Source: Octopus vulgaris (Eukaryota). From it: DNA of 64,000 nucleotides. The DNA lies in assembly GCA_951406725.2 (NCBI GenBank), contig OX597825.1, positions 80,972,001 through 81,036,000 on the forward strand, read 5' to 3'. The first letter of the stretch is position 1; each line of letters opens with the position of its first letter. Below are positions 1 to 13,559 of the stretch, piece after piece. Position numbers and translations under genes: made by a program. The notes under the pieces are model-generated. The model saw nothing but the letters and a program-made list of their open reading frames with translations. It ran no database searches and was not told where the DNA came from.

Positions 1-284
1 TTCCAAGTGTTATTCATTTAATTACATGCATATATATATATATATATGCACACATATATACGTGTATACATACAAGCATGCATGCGTGTGCGTGTGTGTG
101 TGTGTATGTGAGTGTACATATGCATCTATATACATAAGAGCTTTGTAGTTGCCTTCAAGAAAACATAAAGATGCAGAGAAATTTCTAATACGTAGACTTT
201 GCGACTGGTCTGAAAGAAATCAACTTGTCACCGACAGAGGGTGTATGGTGATGAGGAAGACAAAAGGAGTGAAGATGAGTCTCG

Positions 285-560
285 TTTTTTGTCTACACTT
301 TTTATAGATTAATCAAAGAAAACGGAACGTTGTCCTTGACCATTCCAAGCTGTCCTAGGATGCTGAGATCGATGCGGTTAATGTTCAGAATGCACATCAA
401 TAGGTTGTCAAAAACGGAAACATTGAGAGATGGAGTTCCAGAGTGTAGGAAGGATTAAGCGAAGGGATTAGTGCGAGATGTTAGGTGATGCATTGTGGGA
501 ATTGCAGAATAAGGAGACAGACGTATCAGGCGAGGAAATGGCTTTAGTAGAACAGGAAGA
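285..560 (-). mobile_element. Decayed LINE 3' fragment (CR1/L2/Jockey-like ORF2 C-terminus)
   Basis: Minus strand reads ..PTLWNS.. and, after frameshifts, ..NINRIDL.., like the RT C-terminal xxLWNSLP...FK motif; many disablements. Confidence 0.4.
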
Positions 561-848
561 ATCGAACTTTGACCACGGGCTCAATTTTTCAGGAAATTAC
601 TTTTAATCTTCCAGCGCTGCTTAAACATAAATATAAATAGGTTTTTATTTACATTATTTACATTATTTACATTTGACGGATATTTTTCCTCTGTATTTTT
701 CTTCTGACTCATATAAAAATTTGGAGTGGAGGGCACCAGTGGATTGGCAGCTCTTCACTGCTGGAGGTCAGTAATATTGTGCATTGCAAGTATAAGTATA
801 ACGAGTTCCAACAACTAGTTAATGGTACTGCTATACTAAACAGATATC

Positions 849-1077
<229 letters not shown>

Positions 1078-1431
1078 GCGCGGAAATACAATTACACGTG
1101 TTAAACTACGCAAGAAAAAATTCTTCAAAGATAATCTGTTAATTCAATATGGCGTAGTCTGCCTCGCTGTGGAAATAGAAACAGACGACTTGAAGTGCCT
1201 GTTTCATAGTCTTCGATGGACAACGGACAAGTAGATAGCTATAAAGAATATACACAGAGGGATAAATAGGTAGACAGAGAGATAAGTGGACAGAAAGATG
1301 GCGATGAGCGTGTGAGCTTGTGTTTGTATGTATATATGTGTGCGTGCGTTTGGGTGTGTATATGTGCATATACAGAAGGAAGGAGGGAGGAAAAAAGAAG
1401 GAAAGAAAGTTACACAATATATATTTTGTAG

Positions 1432-2012
1432 AAGGCGGCGAGCTGGCAGAAAGGTTAGCACGTCGGGCGAAATGCTGAGCGGTATTTCGTCTGCCGCTAC
1501 GTCCTGAGTTCAAATTCCGCCGAGGTCGACTTTGCCTTTCATCCTTTCGGGGTCGATAAATTAAGTACCAGTTGCGCACTGGTTTCGATGTGCTCGACTT
1601 AATCTGTTTGTCTGTCCTTGTTTGTCCCCTCTGTGTTTAGTCCCTTGTGGGTAGTAAAGAAATAGATATTTCGTCTGTCGCTACGTTTTGAGTTCAAATT
1701 CCGCTGAGATCGACTTTGCCTTTCATCCTTTCGGGGTCGATAAATAAAGTACCAGTTACGCACTGGGGTCGATATAATCGACTTAATCTGTTTGTCTGTC
1801 CTTGTTTGTCCTCTCTGTGTTTAGTCCCTTGTGGGTAGTAAAGAAATAGGTATTTCGTCTGTCACTACGTTTTGAGTTCAAATTCCGCTGAGATCGACTT
1901 TGCCTTTCATCGTATCGGGGTCGATAAATTAAGTACCAGTTGCATAGTGTGGTCGATGTAATCGACTGGTCCCTCCCCCAAAATCTCGGGCTTTGTGCCT
2001 AGAGTAGAAGAG
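1432..2012 (+). mobile_element. tRNA-derived SINE (family A) with three tandem body units
   Basis: Head aaggcggcgagctggcagaa..., B-box-like gagttcaaattcc, core gtcgactttgcctttcatcctttcggggtcgataaa; unit restarts (tatttcgtctg) at 1483, 1667, 1851; imperfect TSD aatatatattttgta / aacatatgttttgta. Confidence 0.9.
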
Positions 2013-2199
2013 AACATATGTTTTGTATGTACGTATGTATATGTGTGTGTGTATACATACACATGAACATAGGCGCACAGACACAAAAAAACTCACTCTC
2101 TCTCTCTCTCACACACATATATACTCATACACAAACACACACACACACTTGTGTGGGTATCATTAGGAGACAGTAGTCTGGTTAGCTTTTATAAAAATA

Positions 2200-2416
2200 C
2201 TCTATATTTATTTCAGCGACAATCCGAAAGCTACGTTATTATTGGTTATACACACAGAGTCGAGAGAAGCCACGTATGAGGCTTGCTGTGCAGCACTTAA
2301 ATTGATTACAACTATTCGTGTGAATCTTGTTAAGAAAAGAGAATTGAGTAAATGCCAATGTTTATATGCAACATCTTGTTCTCAGCTGGCTCTACACGGA
2401 TGTACAGCACTTGTAA
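2200..2416 (-). pseudogene. Degenerate exon-like module (TSAVHPCRAS*EQDVAYKHWHLLNSLFLTRFTRIVVINL...)
   Basis: Follows a ~55-bp intron-like segment; acceptor reads CAT rather than CAG; in-frame TGA; similar to 54063-54154 and 10400-10748. Confidence 0.35.
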
Positions 2417-2471
2417 ATGTAATGCAATAAGAATAATTGGCGAATAGCGCTGAAAACTGGTAAACACTCAC

Positions 2472-2608
2472 CCAGTAAGGACAGGGAGGAACGTGATTTT
2501 AAATCATAGTTAAAACCTAGCTTATAAAACCGATGCCTTTGAGAAGCACGTGAATGTTTCAATATGTTACTTCTATTTCCTACTGGGTGTTCGGGGCAAA
2601 TTTTCAGT
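2472..2608 (-). CDS. Candidate internal exon (137 bp, phase 2 to 1) of an unknown gene: LKICPEHPVGNRSNILKHSRASQRHRFYKLGFNYDLKSRSSLSLL
   Basis: Acceptor ctttcttttacttttatgcag, donor G|GTGAGT, open frame, non-repetitive; similar to other modules in the window. Confidence 0.45.
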
Positions 2609-2636
2609 CTGCATAAAAGTAAAAGAAAGCACAATA

Positions 2637-3004
2637 TCTCTCTCTATATATAAACGGCAAAATGTGGTGTGTGCGTGTCCTTTATACAAATCCACAATTT
2701 TTCAGTTAGAGGGATCGCACTTTCTATGGTCATTCAAAACCGTCCAAGGGTGATCGTGCACATCTTTACATTTCCCCAGTCACCCGGCAAAGCCATTAAA
2801 AAAATCAATGGAAGTGACTTTTTTGTGAATTTTCTATCCAAAACCCAATCAAAATGCCCGAAACTTGATACGCCGATTGAATGCCAGCTAGCTGTATGTG
2901 ATTGGTCGGAGATTTGGACAGTACTCACGTGTATGTGCGCACGCACGCTGCTGTATATGCCTGCACTAACACTATGACCCTGCGTTGCCGGGTCATAGTG
3001 GTAG
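2637..3004 (+). mobile_element. Non-autonomous Helitron-like element
   Basis: A|TC..TCTATATATAAA 5' end; 3' hairpin cactatgaccc/gggtcatagtg (2970-3000) followed by GTAG|T (CTAG variant); no TSD. Confidence 0.65.
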
Positions 3005-3510
3005 TCTAAAAATAAAAATGTTTTATAATTTCAAAAAAAAAAAAAATCAACTAGTGCAGTAGTCATGATGGCGGCATTTCGACACCTAGCTCCAATTATC
3101 ATGATACTAGTAATTGTTTTCCAATTTTCAGATGGTTTCCTGTTCTCCATATCGGCTCAACTTTTTCTCGATTACAGCTTTAATCTTTATTCTTTCCAAC
3201 GCCGATGAGTGTTCACCAATACCTCTAGCTGTTCCTGAAAAAAAAGGAGACAAAAATCGTAAAATGTAGTCCGAATATCCTGTATAAATTATGATAAAAT
3301 ACACGAGATATAAAACCGTTACATGTATGGTGAACAGCGAGAATTAAAACGATGAACAGCATAGCTATTCTGAATAGATTTCGGCAGATTCGAACGTGAA
3401 TCGAATGCGTAATGAACACATTTCCTCTTAAAGGAATATGCATCTCTTATGACAAACACAACTGCGATATTTCTCTCCTCTTCTAAGCAAAGTAAAAAAC
3501 ATGCGATATA

Positions 3511-3683
3511 TATCTTTTACACCTTATGCCGGTAAATTTGAAACGTTTTTATTAATTTAGTATTAGAATTCTTCAAGATGTAAAAAATAGTTCTTCATGA
3601 TAATAATTCATCAAGATGTATATAATAGCTATTGTCTGCATCATTCGAAAGAGAAATAAATTCTGCATAAGGTGTAAAAGATA
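3511..3683. mobile_element. MITE-like segment with perfect 19-bp inverted repeats
   Basis: tatcttttacaccttatgc (3511-3529) / gcataaggtgtaaaagata (3665-3683). Confidence 0.55.
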
Positions 3684-3766
3684 AAAATAATTATGGTGTT
3701 AGTAACAAATTTTTTTTGTAAAAAATAAAACTTTTATCATCGGTCTTAAATTTATTTTCGCCAGTG

Positions 3767-3807
<41 letters not shown>

Positions 3808-5000
3808 TTGACGTCTAATATAAACCGTAGAACCGTCTTAGTGTTGGTTCCAGGTGAGGTGTTGGTATAAAAGGAAGAAGAGAAATGGGCTTTAAATTTC
3901 TCCTACAGTTGTTTCGGTAGAGTTTTGTTCATATATTCATAGATTACACCATAATATAAACCACTAGTGTTGCTCTGTTCAGTTCCAGTTCCCGTAACAT
4001 AGCGGTTCGGCAAATGGCACCGAAAGAAGAAGCAGGATTTAAAAATAAGTACTGAGATCGATTTGTTCGATTAAACTGTATAAAGCAGTGCTCTAGCATG
4101 GCTGTATTCCAATGACTGAAATCAGTAAAAGACACACCCATAACACACACACTCACACACATACGCACACATCTTTTTTTTAAACTGTAAAATACTCATA
4201 GTAAGAATGACATTTTTGTGGATTAAACTTCTCCATGTATATTCAGTGCGTTGTTAAAATAATGTCAGGCACAACGGATTTCCAACATACTTCACCATTA
4301 AAGCGTAATTCTCCAAGGTAGAGACGTTTGTGGATTAGGAGTCTCAAATTCTTAGAGATTTCTTTCATGTTTTATGGAGAAAACAGTTTTATTCTAGCGT
4401 CAATTCTTTTACATTTTGATAAAACAGTATTATTGTTTAAACATTTAAAAAATTTTCTCTAAAAATAGGGGTTTTTCTCTCTTGTGTATTTCTTTGTTAG
4501 CGAAGATTTCATGTTTCCCAAACAAAGTTTTTCTGCAACTCCCACAGAGATATCCAATGCTATTCTAGTTTATTGATCTTTGGTAAACGTTTCCCTGCAT
4601 TAGGATTTCTTACTATTTTCATGATGTCCTCCTTCGATGTCTTCCTTCATTCTGATACATCGTTTCCCTTCAAAAGTATTCAAATTCTCAAACCATAAAT
4701 TTTTGCAATGTCTATGAAGAACCTCCAAGACCAGACGTTCAAGATACCTCGAGCACAGTTGGAGAATCCTGCCGTTCTCATGAATAGCTGGATGACGAAT
4801 GTTTACGTGTTAGAAGCCAGAGGAATCGTCGATTCGATGCAACAAAAATAAAATAGATAAAAACAGAGATAAAACGAAAAATGAAGCATTTCCTAGAGAA
4901 TTGTCTGACTTGCCAGAAGCCATAATGTTATGAAGAACCTTGGGTACTCTCTCCTCTCCTCTCTTTCTCTTTTTCTCTCTCTCTCTCTATATATATATAT

Positions 5001-5394
5001 ACTCTTTTACTCTTTTACTTGTTTCAGTCATTTGACTGCGGCCATGCTGGAGCACCGCCTTTAATCGAGCAACTCGACCCCGGGACTTATTCTTTTGTAA
5101 CCCCAGTACTTATTCTATCGGTCTCTTTTGCCGAACCGCTAAGTAACGGGGACGTAAACACACCAGCATCGGGGGACAAACACAGAGACACAAACACACA
5201 TACGCATATATATATATATATATATATACATATATACGACGGGCTTCTTTCAGTTTCCGTCTACCAAATCCACACACAAGGCTTTGGTCGGCCCGATGTT
5301 ATAGTAGAAGACACTTGCCCAAGGTGCCACGCAGTGGGACTGAACCCGAAACCATGTGGTTGGTTAGCAAGCTACTTACCACACATCACTCCTG
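5001..5394 (-). mobile_element. SINE family B
   Basis: Homologous to 8688-9110, 21954-22330 and 27084-27479; internal (TA)/(TG) tract; (GTAAAAGA)n tail. Confidence 0.9.
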
Positions 5395-5561
<167 letters not shown>

Positions 5562-5580
5562 TATACCCACGCATATATAT

Positions 5581-5783
5581 GTGAGCTGCAAGATGCAGGA
5601 GGAAAGAGTGAGAGAAAGTTGTGGTGCAAAAGAATCAGCAGAAGTTCGCCATTACCTTATGCCGGAGCCGCGTGGAGCTCAGGTGTTTCGCTCATAAACA
5701 CACACATCGCCCTGTCTGAGATTCGAACTCGCGATCCTTCGGCAGTGAGTTCGCTACTCTAAACACTAGGCCATATGCCTCCA
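5581..5783 (-). mobile_element. SINE family C (tRNA-like head)
   Basis: Minus strand ggaggcatatggcctagtg (A box) ... gagttcgaatctc (B box); homologous to 56768-57062 and 61460-61846. Confidence 0.8.
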
Positions 5784-5856
5784 CACACACACACACACAC
5801 ACACGCACACAAATTTATATATACCTACGTATGTACATACCTATGTATGTATCTAT

Positions 5857-5889
<33 letters not shown>

Positions 5890-6523
5890 CTATCTATCTA
5901 TATACATATATGTGTGTGTCTGTATGTGTGCGTGTGCGTTTGTGTGTATGTGTGTGTGTGTCGTGTGTGTATCCGTTTGTGCTTGTGTCTCTGTCTATGT
6001 CAGTATTTAGTGTGTGTGAATATATGTACGAGAGAATTCTACCAACGCATATTCGCCTACACACAGCATACTTACATATCCACATCCCTTCATAAACACA
6101 TACTCACACGCACACACACACAGACACACACACACACACTCACACACACACGCACGTCCTCTCATTCCTTTGTGCGTAACAACTTGTAACAACCTTTCAT
6201 GTTATTTTGGATATTTTCTTTCTGTCTTTTCTGTATTGGTTAATTTCAGCTCTGTCACTCACAAAGATAAATGTTGGATGATTGATGGCACATTAAGCGG
6301 GGCGATAGATCAAATGAATTACGGTGCTTCGATCTGGTGGGGTGCCGTGACTGATCGATTTACAAGAAACAATGCCTAAATCATCTGTGAGTCACATCCG
6401 CTCGACTGACTTCTAAAAACGAAACAGCACGTTGGATAATGTTGTCTTACAGTGCCTTGACAGACGGGACGGTCACGCCTTGATCGTCACACACACACAT
6501 CACATAGACACACAGACACACAG

Positions 6524-6554
<31 letters not shown>

Positions 6555-7270
6555 GACGCACACACGCACACACATACGCACACACGCACACACATACGCA
6601 CACGCGTACAGACACACATGCCACAGTTTCCGTCTACCAAGTAAACCCACAAGGCATTGGTCAACCTTGGGCTTTAGTGAAATACATTTGATGAGGGTGC
6701 TGCGCAGTAGGACTGAAACTGGAAACACGTGGTTGCGAAGCGAGCTTCTTAACCAGAGCAATTTGAAGTGTTTTAGTTTCGTCCATTTATGTTTTGGGTT
6801 CAAAACACTTTATATCCAGGGCCTACCCAAGTATTTATATCGATTTTATCGATTGCGCCTTCCCCACGTCCCCACTAGAATTCTATGTTACCCGTATTAT
6901 AAATCAATACTATATTATGAAACAGTTGTGCTCAATAATTGTAAAACTCAAAAACAGACCTGTTGAGATATTGGAGGCAAAATCGTGGAAGTTTGCCATA
7001 AAAGAGATCAAAAGAATGGAATGGAAATTAATATTCATGGTTTTTAAATTAGCACCAGATCAGCAATGTGTTTGGATTGAAGGAATTCATTCGGTCTCCT
7101 GCTCTGCTATTTGGCGGGAACCCTTTATTATACAACTGCAGTGTGAGGAAAAGAAAAAACAAAAGAGGGGACTCACATGGGATTTGAACTCAAAAATTAA
7201 AGTGACGTAATTGAGGCCTGCAACACATTTTAGTCATAACTCTGCTGTTTTTACTCATCATCCGGCAGTC

Positions 7271-7349
<79 letters not shown>

Positions 7350-7369
7350 TATTATTATTATTATTTTAA

Positions 7370-7565
7370 GTTTTTACCACAAGGACAGCTTGGGGGAGGT
7401 GAGGATGAGTCGATTACATCGACCCCAAGTGCTCAACTGGTACTTATTGTATCGACCCCGAAAGGATGAAAGGCAAAGTCGACCTAGGCGGAATTAGAAC
7501 TCAGAACATAGCGACGGGCGAAATATCTTATAGCGTGCTAACGATTCTGCCAGCTTGCTGCCTTC
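7370..7565 (-). mobile_element. SINE family A, diverged copy between (AAT)n tracts
   Basis: atcgaccccgaaaggatgaaaggcaaagtcgac core on the plus strand. Confidence 0.8.
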
Positions 7566-7610
7566 AATGATAATAATAATTCCCGGTGTGGCGTAGTTTT
7601 CGCAGGTCCT

Positions 7611-7921
7611 CTATTTCTTGTAAGTAGCTGTTATCAACGCAAGGTATATGAATGATCTTCGTCCCCACTGGGGAGCAGAAATCTCGAAAATACATCCAAT
7701 ACGGCCTATTGTTGTGGTAAGAAACGACGGTAGAGATGGGTATCTCTTGCTGGGTCTTCTACGTACAACATGAAATATTTTGAGCTTTCTTAAGTATCCT
7801 AGAATAAGTGCTATTAAAGGCGATCTTAAAACTTCTTCGTCAGAGACCAGGTTCCAGTTAGATAGAAATGGATGCTCTCTAGACATATCTGAAATGGCCA
7901 ACTTTGTTGACTTAATAATTT
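7611..7921 (-). CDS. Possible exon or ORF of unknown function (..REHPFLSNWNLV..IFEISAPQWGRRSFIY..)
   Basis: ~100-codon non-repetitive open frame after a polypyrimidine tract and AG; weak resemblance to the exon-like modules. Confidence 0.25.
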
Positions 7922-8149
7922 CTCAGTGCAAAAAGAAAAAAAAAATAGGCCGAGATCATAACCATTAACGAGGGGGTCATCTGTTAGTTTCGTAAAAGGC
8001 GGCTAAAAGCGGTTGAGGTAGGATAAGCAGTCCAACGTCGGAAAACCCTCACCGACCGCGACTAGGCTGGGGGGGGGGGGCTAACGCCTGGGTGGTGCAA
8101 AGATGTTACCCGCCAAGTATAGGGAATCATCAACAAATTACAGCTGATA

Positions 8150-8208
<59 letters not shown>

Positions 8209-8687
8209 TATTCCAACAAGGGTACACATCTCAAATGGGGGTCAGTGACTTGAATACTTAGGGTCCTATGTTGCTGAGAGTAAAAAAAGAACTTCCCTGA
8301 CCTAAAAGAGAGAGTCAAGTCCGGAGTGTCTGCAACAAGCTTCAAGTGCTGATGTTCGATATCAATCTTTGGTTTAACAAAAGACAATGGAATTTGAATG
8401 GCTGTCCAGCTTCGTTCCGAATATCAATATCATACGGATGTTAGAGTCGCCTATTAATCTCGTACTTTCACAATCATATCTATTTTTAAAATCTCAACAT
8501 TGAGCTAAATATATCAGACGCGATAAGTACAAAGAATATAACATTTTAGACAAAAACAAAGAAAAAGCCAGAAAATATAGAACTTAGTTGAATCTAATGT
8601 TGACATTTTTCATGACATTTCTTTTGAAGCATTTAAAAAGAGAAAAAAAATGGGAGCAAGGAATATTATTTCTAATTTATTATTAAA

Positions 8688-9110
8688 GGCGCAGCAGTGG
8701 CAGTGTGGTAAGTAACTTGCTTCCCAACCACATGGTTCCAGGTTCAGTCCCACTGCGTGGCACCTTGAGCAAGTGTCTTCTGCTATAGCCTCGGGCCGAC
8801 CAAAGCCTTGTGAATGGATTTGGTAGACGGAAACTGAAGGAAGCCTGTCGTATATATGTATATATATGTATGTGTGTGTGTGCTTGTGTGTTGGTCTTTG
8901 TCCCCCCCCCCCCCCAACATCGCTTGACAACCGATGGTGGTGTGTTTACGTCCCCGTAACTTAGCGGTTCGGCAAAAGAGACCTATAGAATAAGTACTAG
9001 GATTACAAGGAATAAGGTCTGGGGTCAATTTGCTCGACTAAAGGTGGTGCTTCAGCATGGCCGCAGTCAAATGACTGAAACAAATAAAAAGAACTAAAAG
9101 AGTAAAGAGT
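8688..9110 (+). mobile_element. SINE family B, full length
   Basis: ggcgcagcagtggcagtgtggtaag head to gactgaaacaaataaaaaga tail; multi-copy in the window. Confidence 0.9.
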
Positions 9111-9208
9111 ATGAGTAAGAGCTGGGTTCGATCGGTAGTTGATGATTAACTGTGGTGAACCCGAAATATTGATCTTATTACCCAGAAACATTAAAAAGTT
9201 GTTTTTTA

Positions 9209-9349
9209 TAAGGTTGTCCCAAAAGTTCGTAGAAAGTCTTGGAAAATAGTGGTCTTTATTTTGAGGAATAATTTTTGTTGTTTTTGTTAATACTTGGCGA
9301 GTAAAAATTCAATTTTCGCAAGTGTTTACGAACTTTTGGGACAACCTAA
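9209..9349. mobile_element. Mariner-type MITE (141 bp)
   Basis: Perfect 21-bp TIR aggttgtcccaaaagttcgta (9211-9231 / 9327-9347); TA on both sides. Confidence 0.85.
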
Positions 9350-9921
9350 TAGTTATCAAAATATATAGAAACACTTCCAGTAAATTTAGTTATTTTGATG
9401 ACTTGTTTAACCACATTTAAATTACAAGATTCTAGCTTTCGAATATATAAAACAAATTGATTTTAAACTGTACTGAGAAGAACTTGAAGAAATTACAATA
9501 AGGATTGCACTTAAATAAATATTATAACGATTTTATTTCTATTATCTTCAATGAAATGTCTTGAACTAACCATTCCGAACGTGTTTAATGTCAATGTTCT
9601 CTTGCTTTAATAGGATTTTCCAAGACAATAAATGATCAATCATTTTTTGATAAAGATAATTCTGAGACGCCATCTGGACGCTACATAATAGTTTTATTAG
9701 AGAAAAATTGTATTTATGTGTGGAGCATTCAAAATCTAATTAAAGATAATGAAAAATATTATTAATAATGTTTGTCGATGGTTATTATGTATTCGTATTC
9801 TTCGAGCAAGTAGGGGAATTGGTTTCCAGTGATGTTTTAGATTTAATTAACCTCATTATCAGTCGTATAGCATCGCCATAATTTGCCCAAGTATCTGCGT
9901 ACGAATCACTCAATATACATA

Positions 9922-10370
9922 CACGAGGGGTCCCTGAAAAGTCTCTGGCTTTAAGGGTTTAGCGAAAGACTTGGTTGGAGGAAGGCGGCGAGCTGGCAGA
10001 AACGTTAGCACGCCGGGCGAAATGCGTAGCCGTATTTCGCCTGCCGTTACGTTCTGAGTTCAAATTCCGCCGAGGTCGACTTTGCCTATCATCTTTGCGG
10101 GGTCGATTAAATAAGTACCAGTTACGTACTGGGGTCGATATAACCGACTTAATCCCTTTGTCTGTCCTTGTTTATCCTCTCTGTGTTTAGCCCCTTGTGG
10201 GTAGTAAAGAAATAGGTATAGCGAAAGGCGTGGTTGGAGGCCCACACTTCCGAGTTATATTACGGGACTTAGAAAAACTGAAGGACTGCTGCAATAAGTG
10301 TGTGGATCTGAGAGGGGAATACGAGAAAGCACAAAATGCCATGTGATTAAATCGGTATTTTTCTCCAACC
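9922..10370 (+). mobile_element. Internally deleted mariner element interrupted by a SINE
   Basis: cacgaggggtccctgaaaagt TIR-like start; 3' part encodes LEKLKDCCNKCVDLRGEY, like mariner C-terminal ..RWxKCVxxxGxY. Confidence 0.65.
9982..10218 (+). mobile_element. SINE family A, monomer with 22-bp TSD
   Basis: TSD tagcgaaagacttggttggagg (9960-9981) / tagcgaaaggcgtggttggagg (10219-10240). Confidence 0.92.
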
Positions 10371-10399
10371 AAAATATCGACTTCGACTCAGTGTTAAAA

Positions 10400-10748
10400 A
10401 TCACATTTTTAAAATCAGAATTTACGTTCTTAGTTTTAAAATCCCACATTTTGTAGTTTGCAGAATGGGCACTACTTATGTCCTGGGTCGATCTATTTGG
10501 CTTTCTCAGCGAAAATCCAAACGACAATGTTCAGATATTCACGTTTGAAACGTGTAGAACGCATTTAGAACGAATAAGTAAGCTATTTTCATGAATTATT
10601 GCTTGGCAAGCATCAGCACACACCAGGAAATAATTTGTTTGATGATTTTTATAAACTGAAAAATATCCTTTCCGCTGGAGGAGGTATACTCCGATGACGA
10701 AACACAACAACAATTGGATTTATCGGCGATAAGACGAATTAGCTCACC
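10400..10748 (-). pseudogene. Degenerate exon-like module (IGVYLLQRKGYFSVYKNHQTNYFLVCAD)
   Basis: Clear nucleotide and peptide similarity to 12280-12555 (VYRDHQTNYFLMCAD); GTGAG donor-like start of an upstream short intron. Confidence 0.45.
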
Positions 10749-10872
10749 AATAGGTAAGTTACGACAAAATTACCGAACAATAACAATATATTTATATATA
10801 TATATATTTATATATATATACACACATACTCTTCCTTGGTCTTCCTTTTCTCTTCGACTTTCCTCCGTTTCC

Positions 10873-10909
10873 TGTTTCTGAAGAAGAGCTTTGCTCGAAA
10901 TGTAAAACA
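10873..10909 (+). ncRNA. Minimal type I hammerhead ribozyme-like motif in a Penelope-type short repeat
   Basis: TGTTT-CTGAAGA-A-GAGC(ttt)GCTC-GAAA-TG-TA-AAACA; stems I and II pair. Confidence 0.6.
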
Positions 10910-11007
10910 CCCTTTCTTTCCTTATCTGAGGGTCTTACAAATACTTTGCATGTACTTTGTCCTCACGGTTTTCTTCTTGTCTTTTTTCTTCGTTTTATTT
11001 TTAAAAT

Positions 11008-11142
<135 letters not shown>

Positions 11143-11824
11143 GCAAGATGAACTGAAAGAACATTTCCATACACCCTTCAATTACAAAGAATTCTCCGAA
11201 CACTGCAATCCAAGACATCTCCCTCTCATTTGTTTCATCTCCTTAATGCTAGTCTTTCCCTCAGGTCTCTCAGTGGCATTATGTATTAATGATACTAAAT
11301 TGCATCTATTTTGTTTAAAATCCTCCGTCACTCACTGTTACGTCTCCAATATGTTCCACTTGTGTCTAAGTCAGGTTGATCTTTATTGCTCTCATCAGGG
11401 ACACATTCCTGCGTTAATATTTATCTCACTACGTTGTTTGCTCGCCGTTCTCATAAATACGTCATCTCCTTACACTTCTGTTGGTTAACAACAGAACATT
11501 CGATGACATTCTGTGTTTACAATATGATAAACTAGTTTCTACGTTTCCAATATAACAGTCTCTATGTTTAGGAATTTATAGATAACCTAGAATCTATCTT
11601 TATAGTATTTTAACCCAGTTTATGTATTTAAAAAGCGATAAACTAGTCTCATGCAACAGTTATAAAGCAGAAATAATAAACACATTAAGTCAATATACTT
11701 GAAATAGAAAACTTTTCAATCGCCACTCTGTCTACACGTCCTTAATACATTCTGGTAGATTCGAACGTAAATGTGCTTATAGCTGTTGTTTAGCATTGTC
11801 GAAGAAGGAACATCTCTCTTTGCA

Positions 11825-12180
11825 GGTTGGGTGTTCATAGCTCGCCTCCTTATGAGAGCTCAAAATCTCTCGTGGAAGCGCCATCCAACCAAAATGCAAA
11901 TATATGGGAAACTACCACCTGTGTCATCTCTTGTGAAAGGTAAGAGAGTCCAGTTTGCTGGACATTGTTGTAGAGCTGAAAAAGAGGTAATTTCTACTCT
12001 TCTCCTCTGGAAGCCATCTACTCGCAATACCAGAGGGCGCACACTCTCCTACCCTGATGTAACCTCCAGGGATACAGGCATCCAGCAACAGGACCTCCGT
12101 AATGCCATGATGGACCGTGAAGTCTGGCGTAGAATGGTAAATTCCATTGTCTCGACCACGGTCGAACAATGATGATGATG
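11825..12180 (+). mobile_element. RTE/RTEX-clade LINE, 5'-truncated 3' end
   Basis: RLLMRAQNLSWKRHPT..RVQFAGHCCR..LLLWKP..AMMDREVWR followed by a (TGA)n tail. Confidence 0.85.
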
Positions 12181-12279
12181 TTCATAACAAACGCGATTCA
12201 CCAGAGCGGTCACACTGGTTCAGTGAAATAACTTTGAATGAGGAGACACACAATAAGGTGTGTCTCAAAATCCTCTTAC

Positions 12280-12555
12280 ACTGGGGAATCTCGTGTGTTA
12301 TGAACACACGTCGTCTTAAAGGAGTCGATGTTCTCAAATGACGAAAAATACCAGTAATCAGACACTTTCGATTCTGCCAGCAAGTATTTAGAATAACTAC
12401 GCGATTGTTTGGATTCTTGCGGTTCTACATGCACCCATGAGCAATTTTCTGTTTGCCATATATCAGCACACATCAGAAAATAATTTGTTTGATGATCTCT
12501 ATAAACAAGAGCTTGTACTCTTTTCAGAATCATAAGTCCAGTGGGATAAATTTGA
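12280..12555 (-). CDS. Candidate 276-bp exon (QIYPTGLMILKRVQALVYRDHQTNYFLMCADIWQ...)
   Basis: Acceptor gtctccacag, donor GTAAGA, one fully open frame, length divisible by 3; preceded by a 53-bp GTAAG..CAG intron-like segment (12556-12608). Confidence 0.45.
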
Positions 12556-12608
12556 CTGTGGAGACCAACAATAAGGTCGAAACAACACTCTATCTCAAAG
12601 ACCCTTAC

Positions 12609-12839
12609 ACTGATGTCTTATGAACACCAATCTTCTAAAGGTAGATGTTCTCCGAAAAGGAAAAGCAACAACGATCAGATATTGACCGTCGAATCAGTTC
12701 ACATTAAAAATGAATCGATACGTTACTGTCTGGATACTAGCAATTCTTTCTCTATAAAACCTCAAAGCTTTCCAACACCGAGCTGTCCGTTAACTCTTTA
12801 CAAATCCCCACTGAATGTCTCATAAATAGTTTTGTCTTT
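12609..12839 (-). pseudogene. Degenerate tandem paralogue of the 12280-12555 module
   Basis: Acceptor tttgcag and donor GTAAGG; shared ttatgaacac..taaagg..gatgttctc; in-frame stops. Confidence 0.4.
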
Positions 12840-13084
12840 CTGCAAATATACTAATCGTTAACCACATCTAACGAAACTCCATTGTCACTGGCCTTTGCTG
12901 CCGAATCTCTCTTCTTCTCTCTTCTTCTTTCTACACTCCTATAGAACTCTCTTCCTGTGTCCTATATTGTTTTCTCTCTGTCATTCTCTTTCTCTCCCCC
13001 GTCCCCCCCTCTCTCTATATGGATATAGGAACAGACATACATACGCATATGTATGTTTGTGAATGTGTACATGTATGCATGCGC

Positions 13085-13135
<51 letters not shown>

Positions 13136-13237
13136 GGTTCTCTCTTGCTGAACCGCTAGGTTACGAGGATGTAAATGCACCAACATCGGTTATCAAGCGA
13201 TGGTGGGGTGGACAAACACAGACACACACAAAAACTT

Positions 13238-13340
<103 letters not shown>

Positions 13341-13420
13341 TATATATATAGTGACCGCGTGTGTACCGTTGGCGATTTTTTTCCTCCGTCTTCCCTTCTT
13401 TGGATCTTTCCTTTTCCTAT

Positions 13421-13455
13421 GTTTCTGACGAAGAGCTCCGCTCGAAACGTTAAAC
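13421..13455 (+). ncRNA. Minimal hammerhead ribozyme-like motif
   Basis: GTTT-CTGACGA-A-GAGC(tcc)GCTC-GAAA-CG-TT-AAAC in a ~200-bp repeat flanked by (TA)n. Confidence 0.6.
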
Positions 13456-13559
13456 CCTCCTTCTTTCCTTCTTTCCTGAGCGTCCAATAATACTATATTT
13501 GTTCCACGTCCTCGCGTTGTTGTGTTTTTTTGTGTTTTCTTGTTTGGATAACTATATAT

